Part shown: in pieces, positions 1-8,441 of the stretch
How the letters are laid out: every line of letters starts with the position of its first letter
Position numbering within the stretch: position 1 is the stretch's first letter
Assembly: GCA_963729715.1 (NCBI GenBank)
Contig: CAVSPA010000003.1
Span: 160,001-224,000, forward strand
Reading direction: 5' to 3'
DNA length: 64,000 nucleotides
From: an uncultured delta proteobacterium
GTDB lineage: Bacteria > Desulfobacterota > Syntrophia > Syntrophales > UBA2185
Notes under the pieces: model-generated
Told to the model about the DNA's origin: nothing
The model's input: only the letters and a program-made list of their open reading frames with translations
Databases searched by the model: none
Program-made: the position numbers and the translations under genes

Positions 1-2
1 AC

Positions 3-1235
3 GAACGGAAGCGGACAACCATGGATCTGCAACCGGAGGTGCAGATGCGACTCGGGGAGATATCAGGGGTCCGCGCAGTGGCGTTCCAGCGGCCGCCGCT
101 GCCCGGCACGAGCGGCCTGCCTATACAATTTGTTATCGGTACCACGGAGTCCTACGAACGCCTGAATGAGGTGTCGCTGGCTCTCATGGAAAAGGCATAT
201 GCAAGCGGAGTATTCGCGTTCGTGGACACGGATCTGAAGGTCGATAAGCCGCAGACAACCATAGATATAGATCGCGATAAGGCGGCGCAACTCGGTCTTA
301 CGATGCGGGATGTAGGTGATGCATTGGGATCTATGATGGGCGGGGGCTATGTCAACTACTTCAGCCTTGCCGGACGCTCTTACAAGGTAATTCCGCAGGT
401 GATGCAGCGCGACCGGCTCAATGCGGGGCAACTGCGGAACTATTATATCAATGCCGCCGGCGGGACATCCATTCCTGTTTCAACCTTCGTGCGCTTAAGA
501 ACAGAGGTAGTGCCGGAATCGCTCAACCATTTCCAGCAGCTCAATTCAGCTACGATCTCCGCCGTTCCCGCTCCCGGCGTGACTCTCGGCGAAGCGCTGA
601 ATACGTTAAAAAGCCTGTCGAAAGACGTGCTGCCCCAGGGCTTCAGCATTGATTACAGCGGCCAGTCACGCCAGTTTGTACAGGAGTCGAGCGCGCTGAT
701 AGTGACGTTCTTCTTTGCGCTGATTATCATTTTCCTGTCCCTGGCGGCGCTGTTTGAGAGCTTCCGTGATCCGTTCATCGTGCTCGTGAGCGTGCCCATG
801 TCGGTCTGCGGAGCCATGATATTTATCAGCCTGGGCGTCGGCGGTGCAAGCCTCAACATCTATACGGAGGTGGGCCTGGTGACGCTGATCGGCCTGATTA
901 GCAAGCACGGCATCCTGATCGTACAGTTTGCCAACGACCTGCAGCGGGAAGGGAAGGGCAAACGTGAGGCGGTGGAAATGGCGGCAGTCATCCGCCTGCG
1001 GCCGATACTGATGACTACTGCGGCGATGGTGCTGGGCGTGCTGCCGCTCATTACCGCTTCCGGCGCCGGTGCGGTGGGCCGCTACAATATGGGGCTGGTG
1101 ATCGCGGCGGGGATCGCGATCGGCACGCTCTTTACGCTGTTTGTGGTGCCGGCCGTGTATATGTTCCTCGCTGCGGAACACACCGGCAAGCGGGTGACTG
1201 AAGATGCGGCCGTCACAAAACCGGCCGGGGTATGA
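3..1235 (+). CDS. RND efflux transporter permease subunit (AcrB/MexW family), 5'-truncated by the window edge
   Basis: Frame open from base 3. C-terminal RND motifs: LFESFRDPFIVLVSVP, GLISKHGILIV, RLRPILMTT, TLFVVPAVY. Confidence 0.93.
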   Translation, partial: ERKRTTMDLQPEVQMRLGEISGVRAVAFQRPPLPGTSGLPIQFVIGTTESYERLNEVSLALMEKAYASGVFAFVDTDLKVDKPQTTIDIDRDKAAQLGLTMRDVGDALGSMMGGGYVNYFSLAGRSYKVIPQVMQRDRLNAGQLRNYYINAAGGTSIPVSTFVRLRTEVVPESLNHFQQLNSATISAVPAPGVTLGEALNTLKSLSKDVLPQGFSIDYSGQSRQFVQESSALIVTFFFALIIIFLSLAALFESFRDPFIVLVSVPMSVCGAMIFISLGVGGASLNIYTEVGLVTLIGLISKHGILIVQFANDLQREGKGKREAVEMAAVIRLRPILMTTAAMVLGVLPLITASGAGAVGRYNMGLVIAAGIAIGTLFTLFVVPAVYMFLAAEHTGKRVTEDAAVTKPAGV

Positions 1236-1334
1236 TCGCGAGAGGAACCTGCCCGGAACCAACCGCCGTCCCATCTGCCCGGAAACCCGGATCAGGTCGA
1301 GATGGGGATGAGATCAAGAGCTCTCCCTATGCTA

Positions 1335-2810
1335 TCATCCCACCTTCTTGAAGTCGATGAATCCCGACTCCACGTCAGTATGAATAAGCCGTACACGAAT
1401 TCTGTGGCCTACATCTACGCCGTGAAAGCCCTCGAGGAGTTTTCCTTCAACGGGCGGCTGGGTAAGGCGCACCCATGTGCCTTTCGGGGCGGTGCCGGTA
1501 ACGATAGCATTGAACTGTTCTCCGATTCTTGACTCGAGAAGAATTGCGGCAGCCGATTTGAATACCTGCCTTTCCACCTTATTCGCGGCATTCTCTTTCT
1601 CCGTACAGTTTAGGGCCATGGTTCGAAGTTCGTCACCGCCGTATGGCACGGGCGTACCTCCCACGGCCGCCTTCAACAGACGCTGCATGACGAGATCGAC
1701 ATAACGGCGATTGGGGGCCGTGGAGTGAGTGTAGGCGCCGGCAGCGAGACCAAAGTGTCCCGGGGCGTCAGTGTCCCCCGGAAGCGCCGCAATATATTCA
1801 CCTGGTCCAATGAGCTTGATGATGGAGAGGGAGAGGTCGGGGAAGCGCTGCGGATCTGCTCCTTTCTCCTTGACAAGGAATTCTTCCAGTGCCACAGGAT
1901 CCGGCTTTTGCGGAAGCTCAAACCCGTGTTCCCCTGCTATCTCGACTATCCTTTCCCACCTCTTCGGCGTGCGGACCGCGCGCCTGAGGGAAGGGAATTT
2001 CCTTGCTGAGAGATAGCGGACCGCGCAAATGTTCGCAGCTATCATGAACTCTTCGATAATAGTTCTGGCGCGATTTTTCTTCACGACTTCGAGTTCGCGG
2101 ATTTCGTCGCCGCGAAATACGGGTCTTGCCTCAACGGTTTCGAGACTCAGCGCCCCCTTAAGGCGGCGAAGATTACTCATGTTTTGTGCCGCCCTTTCCT
2201 GTAAGCGCAGATTTTCATCGAGACCTCTTACAGAGGTGAGAGCTTCGGGCGCATCTCCGATTCCTTCCAGCCAGGCCGCCAAGCTGTTATAGGCGAGCTT
2301 AGCGTGATTGCAGACACGGGCTCTGTAGATATCCGAGGTTTGCAGGGATCCGTCCCGTCCAACCAGAATTTCAGCGACAATTGCCGTTCTCTCCTCGTTA
2401 AAGGTTAACGATGTGAGGTCTGTCGAAAGCTTTTCGGGGAGCATCGGGAATATTTCGGCGGCGGTATATACGGAGGTGGTGTTGCGCCGGGCATGGCCGT
2501 CAATGGCGGAACCGTTCCTCACCATGGAGTCCACATCGGCGACTGCGACAAGAATCTTTACGGCATCTCCGGGCATCGCTTGCGCGGCAGTGAGCTGATC
2601 AATGTCGCGCGTGTCATCATTGTCAATGGAGGTCCATAGACTATCCCTGAGGTCACGAATGTTTTCATCATCGACCGCTGCGGGCGTGTGTATGCCGGCA
2701 AGTTCGGCTATTACTTCAGTGGAGAAATCGGGTAGCAATCCTTTCTCAATCATTGCCCGCCTGGCTATTTTCATAAGAAGGGATCGGTGTTCTTTATCCG
2801 TCGGACCCAT
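1335..2810 (-). CDS. RNB-domain 3'-5' exoribonuclease (RNase II/R family)
   Basis: Acidic catalytic motif SIDNDDTRDIDQ; YTHSTAPNRRYVDL; C-terminal S1-like domain. Confidence 0.9.
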   Translation of the reverse strand: MGPTDKEHRSLLMKIARRAMIEKGLLPDFSTEVIAELAGIHTPAAVDDENIRDLRDSLWTSIDNDDTRDIDQLTAAQAMPGDAVKILVAVADVDSMVRNGSAIDGHARRNTTSVYTAAEIFPMLPEKLSTDLTSLTFNEERTAIVAEILVGRDGSLQTSDIYRARVCNHAKLAYNSLAAWLEGIGDAPEALTSVRGLDENLRLQERAAQNMSNLRRLKGALSLETVEARPVFRGDEIRELEVVKKNRARTIIEEFMIAANICAVRYLSARKFPSLRRAVRTPKRWERIVEIAGEHGFELPQKPDPVALEEFLVKEKGADPQRFPDLSLSIIKLIGPGEYIAALPGDTDAPGHFGLAAGAYTHSTAPNRRYVDLVMQRLLKAAVGGTPVPYGGDELRTMALNCTEKENAANKVERQVFKSAAAILLESRIGEQFNAIVTGTAPKGTWVRLTQPPVEGKLLEGFHGVDVGHRIRVRLIHTDVESGFIDFKKVG

Positions 2811-2905
2811 ACTCTATTACCTTTCATGCTTCCTATACATATATAATAGAATTAGAATATTGGGAAGGCAAAGATCAGAAGAGAAATCACCATCGTCCTG
2901 CGGTC

Positions 2906-2952
2906 AAAAAAAATGGGGCATATGGTTTCGCAAGGAAACCTGAGCCCCATTT
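2906..2952 (-). terminator. Rho-independent terminator downstream of the LysM gene
   Basis: Nested stem AAATGGGGC..GGTTTC GCAAG GAAACC..GCCCCATTT with A8 on + (U-tract on -). Confidence 0.7.
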
Positions 2953-3050
2953 GATATCGATAATATATCAAGGCATGAACAGCCCCGCCAGGCGCAACAC
3001 CGTGCGTTGCCTACGGAGCAAACTTCTGATTAATAAATGTTTGTCGGCAC

Positions 3051-3563
3051 CTAACCTTTCGGAACTACCGCGACCTTCGGGGGAAGATAAGGTTTCTTTG
3101 CACCGGCTTTTTTCCTTGCATCCTTGATGGCATCCATGGTTACGCCGCTGCGGGGAATCTTAAGTTTCTGACCCGGATAGATTAGATTTGCGTTCTTGAT
3201 CTTACCCTTGTTAGCCTCATAAATGACAGGCCAGAGGAAGGCATCGTTGTATATCTTCTTTTTCTTGGCTATTGTCCACAGGCAGTCGCCCTTTTTGACA
3301 ACATAAGTCTCCATTTTGCCTGCCTTGGCCTTGCCCGTTGCCCCTGCTTTACTTTCTCCCATCGTGGCTTCGCCCGCAGGCGCGACTTTTTGGCTTTCCG
3401 GCATTGACTTCTGAACGCCGGCTGCTGATTCCTTCTGCGTCGCTGCCTGCTGGTCGGCGCCAGCGTCCTTCACAGTCGCCGACTTTGTGCATGCGCCGGC
3501 AAAGATCAGCGTGAGGCCCATAATAAATACCATTAGCCCATAAAGTGCGTTTCGTTTTTTCAT
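3051..3563 (-). CDS. LysM peptidoglycan-binding lipoprotein
   Basis: Signal peptide ending AGAC; LysM domain YVVKKGDCLWTIA...NLIYPGQKLKIP; AGGAG RBS. Confidence 0.9.
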   Translation of the reverse strand: MKKRNALYGLMVFIMGLTLIFAGACTKSATVKDAGADQQAATQKESAAGVQKSMPESQKVAPAGEATMGESKAGATGKAKAGKMETYVVKKGDCLWTIAKKKKIYNDAFLWPVIYEANKGKIKNANLIYPGQKLKIPRSGVTMDAIKDARKKAGAKKPYLPPKVAVVPKG

Positions 3564-3707
3564 ACGAAATACTCCTTTCTATGATTTTGGTGTACAATAA
3601 TGCTCTCTTTTTACTACTTTTTAAAAAGAAGTCAATTGTTTTTTATAAAAATAATTTGTATATTAACTATCAGCATAGAAATTATACGCAATTTATCAGC
3701 GAGGAGT

Positions 3708-4216
3708 ATGAACGTGCGAAAAAAACAAATGGCTATTGCAGACATCTTCGATAATCTGAGAAAGGTTTACCAGGTCATTAATGAACAGTCCAAGAAGGCG
3801 AAGAAACAGACGGGCATTACCGGTCCGCAGCTCTGGGCAATCAAGATGATAGCCGCATCCTCACCTGTTCAGGTATCTGAGTTGGCCCGTAAGATGTATC
3901 TTCATCCGGCAACCGTTGTGTTGGAATACTGAATCGTCTGGAAGAGCAAAGCCTTGTCATACGGACGCGCACACGTGAGGACCGGCGGATTGTTGATGTA
4001 AATCTTACGCCGGAGGGAAAAGCACTGGTTGCGAAGGCGCCCGAGGTGGCTCAGGGCCTTCTGGCTGCCGGTTTGGAAGTGCTGCCCGCCACACGACTTC
4101 TGGATATAGCTTCCTCCCTGGATCAACTTGTTCAGATCTTGGGAGCACAGGAAGTCCCGCCCCATTTGATCTTATCGCCTGAGGTGAACGTACCGAGAAA
4201 GCTCGAAAGAAGTTGA
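3708..4216 (+). pseudogene. MarR-family transcriptional regulator, frameshifted
   Basis: GAGGAG RBS and ATG at 3708. First frame reads GITGPQLW...VSELARKMYLHPATV. After an extra GT at ~3918 (GTT GT GTT GGA) a second frame continues VGILNRLEEQSLVIRTRTREDRRIVDVNLTPEG to TGA 4216. Confidence 0.88.
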
Positions 4217-4259
4217 TTTGCAATAAATAAGAGCAGCAGGATGCCACTCCAAGATGCTC

Positions 4260-5132
4260 TCAGACGTTGACACCGAGGAAAGCGCGCAGGATATAGCCAA
4301 TGAGGAAACTGAGCGCAGCCACAGCAAAAGTTACTCCCGCCGTCTCGAGAAAATGCCCTTTGAAAGGCACATCCTTTGCCACTGAAATGTAGTACGTAAA
4401 AACTGCTATGATAATAGCCGCCCCGGCGAGTGCGCACATCAAACAGAGATAATAGTTTTTCAAGATCAGATAGGGTGTGATCAGAACCACGGTGGTGATC
4501 AAATAAGCGCCGACGGTATAGAGCGAGGCTCGCAAAGGGTTCTTGAGGGTCTTTTCCGTCTTTGTAGCGAGGTACTCTGAGGCCCCCATAGACAAGGCCG
4601 CTGCAATGCCTGTGATTGAGCCGGCCAGGGCAATCAGCTTTGTGTCTCGCAAGGCTAAAGTGAGGCCGGCAAGCACCCCCGTCATCTCCATAAGTGCGTC
4701 GTTCAGGCCCAACACCATGGATCCCGTATAGCGGAGCCTCTCTTCATCAAGAACTCCCAAGATGGCCGTTTCGTGCTCGCTCTCATTTCGCGCGATGGCG
4801 TCGGCTTCCGGGATTGTCCCTCGCAGATGCCCGTAACTGTCCTGAGCGCTCTCTTCGCCTTTCTCCAGCAGCTTAAGGCCGAACGTGAACCCGAAGACGC
4901 GGCTGATTAAATAATATTTCCAGATTTTTAATCTGTCAGGTTCCACATGCTGCTGCGTATATTCCTGCCACTTTCGATAATGACGCAGTTCGTCATCGGC
5001 TATATCTGAAAGTATTTTCCGGTTTTCAGATGATTTGACCTTTTGGGCGAGTTTGCTATAGATATGATGCTCGGTGATTTCGTTTCTCTGAAAACCGAGC
5101 AGTTTCTTGCGCATCGTCTCGGTGATATTCAT
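4260..5132 (-). CDS. VIT1/CCC1 family iron transporter with N-terminal rubrerythrin/ferritin-like domain
   Basis: ExxH motifs (DELRH, ESEH); GSMVLGLNDALME; AAALSMGASEYL; C-terminal TM helices. Confidence 0.88.
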   Translation of the reverse strand: MNITETMRKKLLGFQRNEITEHHIYSKLAQKVKSSENRKILSDIADDELRHYRKWQEYTQQHVEPDRLKIWKYYLISRVFGFTFGLKLLEKGEESAQDSYGHLRGTIPEADAIARNESEHETAILGVLDEERLRYTGSMVLGLNDALMEMTGVLAGLTLALRDTKLIALAGSITGIAAALSMGASEYLATKTEKTLKNPLRASLYTVGAYLITTVVLITPYLILKNYYLCLMCALAGAAIIIAVFTYYISVAKDVPFKGHFLETAGVTFAVAALSFLIGYILRAFLGVNV

Positions 5133-5153
5133 CCTCGGCGCACCTTTTATATT

Positions 5154-6188
5154 CTATCTTCGTTCGAACTGACTCTTGGGACCAACCTTATCTTTTAACA
5201 AATCCGCCCTTCGGCAGGCTTCCTTAGCCCCCAGCTTGCATGCTGTTAGAAGATCTGCCTGGGCCAGACGGGGCTTTCTCATCTTCATGTAAACTCCACT
5301 CCTGATGCGATAAAGCCTCGGGCTGTTAGGCGCGATGTGCAGTGCTTTACTGACGAGGCCGAGTGCGACATCAACCTGATCCGGTCGGTCTTTTAGGATC
5401 AGCGCCTTGATTCCCATATTTCTCGGGGATAGAGAATCTATCTCCAATCCCTCATTCACGCACACAAGGGCTTCCTCCGGCTTTCTTAGCATATAGAGGG
5501 CAAAGGATTTCCCCGCATGGGCATCGACCGTGCCGGCATTGACGGCAATAGCCTGATTGAACGCATAGAGGGCATCTTTCCAGCGCTGAGTGGCGAGAGC
5601 TCCATTACCTTTCTCCACATATTCCAGTGACGACATTCTCTTGACAATGTTTTCGTGCTTTTCCTTAAGCTCCTTAGTGGGAGGTTCTTTAGCCCCCGTT
5701 GCAGTTTCCTTCTGCCTTTCGGCCTTCAGTTCCGAAAGCTCTTTCTTCAGGGTGGCCAACTGGCTTTGAATCTCCTTATAATTCTCCGCGCTCTCGCCTT
5801 CCTGCATCCCGGATATTTTGTCTTTGAGGTTGGAAGTATCGATGGTCGCCCGGATCTGAATAGTGACCACCATGTTTTCTCCTGACAGTTTCCAGTCCTC
5901 CTTGAGAACCTCCACGGACATAATACCCGAGGCCAGTGTAATTATCTGATCTTCGGACAATTGGAAATTCTTCACTTCCGTGGAGCTTGCGATATAAGTG
6001 CCGGCCTGCTCGAGCGCGAGTCTTTTTGCTTCAATGAGGGCAAGGGCCTTGGCGTCCTTCTTGGAATCGAGGTCGCCCATCACGTATTTGCCTTCAGAGA
6101 CAACGACGGATGGTACTGCATAGGCCGCCTGACCGAACCATACACCGCCACATAACAGTATGACAAAAATCTGCATCAATCTTTTCAT
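5154..6188 (-). CDS. Secreted TPR-repeat protein
   Basis: AAGGAG RBS before ATG 6188; signal peptide (AYA-V); coiled coil; TPR repeats ending ACKLGAKEAC. Confidence 0.75.
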   Translation of the reverse strand: MKRLMQIFVILLCGGVWFGQAAYAVPSVVVSEGKYVMGDLDSKKDAKALALIEAKRLALEQAGTYIASSTEVKNFQLSEDQIITLASGIMSVEVLKEDWKLSGENMVVTIQIRATIDTSNLKDKISGMQEGESAENYKEIQSQLATLKKELSELKAERQKETATGAKEPPTKELKEKHENIVKRMSSLEYVEKGNGALATQRWKDALYAFNQAIAVNAGTVDAHAGKSFALYMLRKPEEALVCVNEGLEIDSLSPRNMGIKALILKDRPDQVDVALGLVSKALHIAPNSPRLYRIRSGVYMKMRKPRLAQADLLTACKLGAKEACRRADLLKDKVGPKSQFERR

Positions 6189-6540
6189 CTGGATCTCCTT
6201 GCAAATAGCCATATATAAATTGTTACGGAAGAATACCCTTGTCCCTGTCGAAGACCAGATTCCTTCGCGAGTGCGCCGCTTTAAAACTTAGGATATATTT
6301 ATATATCAAACCCGGACAAACCACAAGGGGAGTCATTTATTCACGCCCGGAACACCAGGCAGAGGAGAGCAACGCGGAATTGCCCTTCGTAGAGTGGAAA
6401 ATCTCCTTGAATGTAATTCCAACTTGAGGTACCTTCCACGATACACTTCGTGAGACAGATGACCGGCAGACTGTTCAATTACAGGTTCTGCCAAGCATCA
6501 AGCAACAATCTTTCATTCATAACCTACTGGGAGAATTGCC

Positions 6541-8358
6541 ATGGCATTACGCATAATGGGTAGTATGGAAGGACGGGAGTTAAGATACAGACTCTCCATC
6601 ATAGAATTCCTGATTTTTGCCCTGCCATTCCTCGTCCTTTTGTTTATCATCTATCAAAGTGACATCACTCTCAATTATGTACACGTTATTATAATCGCCG
6701 TAATCCTCTTCATTGTGTGCGCCGGGTTGATAATCCTCCGTCAGGTTTTTAACAGGTTCTTCGACGTTGCCATGTCCATGAAAAAGGCCGCATCCGGCGA
6801 TCAAGTCTCCATGGAGATAAGAAACGATGTGGCGGAGTTGCGGGATATATCCGTCGCCTTCAACAGATTGATGGAGAAGTTTGAGCATACAACGGAAGAG
6901 CTCAGCCAGAAGACTTTTGAACTGGTTTCAATTAAGGAACTTACAGAGATTGCGAGCAAGATATTGGATATCGATGAGATGTTGGGCCTGCTTTTGGACA
7001 AGTCCATGACATTGACGGGTGCTCAAATAGGCTCTGTTTACCTGGTTGATGCGGCATCACAGCAGTTCCGTGTCGTGGGAATGAAAGGTCTCGGCAAAGA
7101 TCTTAAAAATTATCGCATCAATATAGCGGATTCCCCGGCAAAGTATGTCCTGACGGAGAAAAAGGCTCTTCTTGTGAAGGACGCCGACAGCGACCCGAGG
7201 GTAATCAGGAAAGACTACCCGGAGTACGGATCGCCGTCATTTTTGAGCATGCCGATTTATATCAGAGATGAGGTTGCGGCCATATTGAATCTTGCATCCA
7301 AGGGAAGTGACAAGCCCTTTGATACGAACGACGAGCAGATATTATCCATCATGATCCGAGAAATAGGCTTTGCTCTCGAAAACGCCCAGCTCCACTCGAG
7401 GATTAAACTGCACATGGAAGATCTGAAAAAACACGCAACGACCCTCGAAAAAGAGATCACGGAACGCAACAGGGCGGAGCAGGCGCTCCGGGAATCCGAA
7501 GAGCGTTACCGTTCATTCCTGCAGAAGTTCCGCGGCATCGCCTTCCGGCGGACGATTGATTTTGCGCCCATCTTCTTTCACGGCGCTGTTGAGGAGATAA
7601 CGGGTTATACGGCGGAAGAGTTTGTTGCCGAGAATCCGGCGTGGGACCAGATCATTCATCCCGAAGACTTTCTGAAGGTTCACCAAAGCAAGGAGAGTAT
7701 CCGCTCTATTCCCGGCTATTCGACGGAGAGGGAATACCGCATAGTCTGCAAGGACGGCCAATCGCGCTGGGTTCACGAGCTGATCCAGAATGTCCGCGAC
7801 GATGCGGGCAAGCCTATTTACATTCACGGCTCACTGTTTGACATCAGCGACCGCAAGCACATGGAAGAAGAGATAATGGCGCTCTCCATGACGGATCAGC
7901 TTACGGGACTGCACAACAGGAGAGGCTTCTTGACCCTCGCCGAACACCAGTTAAAAATATCAGACAGAACAAAAAAAGGGATGCAGCTCTTTTTTGCCGA
8001 CCTTGATGGGATGAAATGGATCAATGATAAGATGGGTCATAAAGAAGGGGACAACGCACTGATGGAAGTGGCTACAGTACTCAAAGACGCCTTCAGATCA
8101 TCGGACATCATCGCGCGCATGGGAGGGGATGAATTCGCCGTGCTTGCCATCGACACATCTAAATTAAATCCGGAAATTCTTACCAACCGGCTGCACAACC
8201 AGCTTGAAGCGCTCAATAACAGGGAAAACCGGAAATTCAGAATTTCAGTCAGCGTCGGCTGTGCCTACTATGACCCGGAGAAGCCGTCTGCTATCGACGA
8301 GCTTATGGCGCATGCGGACAAATTGATGTACGAAGAGAAGAAGAAAAAGAAATCCTGA
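6541..8358 (+). CDS. Membrane diguanylate cyclase (TM-HAMP-GAF-PAS-GGDEF)
   Basis: Two TM helices, GAF, PAS (IIHPED); DQLTGLHNRRGF; I-site RSSD; intact GGDEF. Confidence 0.93.
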   Translation: MALRIMGSMEGRELRYRLSIIEFLIFALPFLVLLFIIYQSDITLNYVHVIIIAVILFIVCAGLIILRQVFNRFFDVAMSMKKAASGDQVSMEIRNDVAELRDISVAFNRLMEKFEHTTEELSQKTFELVSIKELTEIASKILDIDEMLGLLLDKSMTLTGAQIGSVYLVDAASQQFRVVGMKGLGKDLKNYRINIADSPAKYVLTEKKALLVKDADSDPRVIRKDYPEYGSPSFLSMPIYIRDEVAAILNLASKGSDKPFDTNDEQILSIMIREIGFALENAQLHSRIKLHMEDLKKHATTLEKEITERNRAEQALRESEERYRSFLQKFRGIAFRRTIDFAPIFFHGAVEEITGYTAEEFVAENPAWDQIIHPEDFLKVHQSKESIRSIPGYSTEREYRIVCKDGQSRWVHELIQNVRDDAGKPIYIHGSLFDISDRKHMEEEIMALSMTDQLTGLHNRRGFLTLAEHQLKISDRTKKGMQLFFADLDGMKWINDKMGHKEGDNALMEVATVLKDAFRSSDIIARMGGDEFAVLAIDTSKLNPEILTNRLHNQLEALNNRENRKFRISVSVGCAYYDPEKPSAIDELMAHADKLMYEEKKKKKS

Positions 8359-8441
8359 TACGCCAGGTAATGGGGCTCTATATTGCAGCAGAAAAGGGAT
8401 CAAAGATAAGAGAGAAGGACAGACAGCCTTATTCAGGAAAA

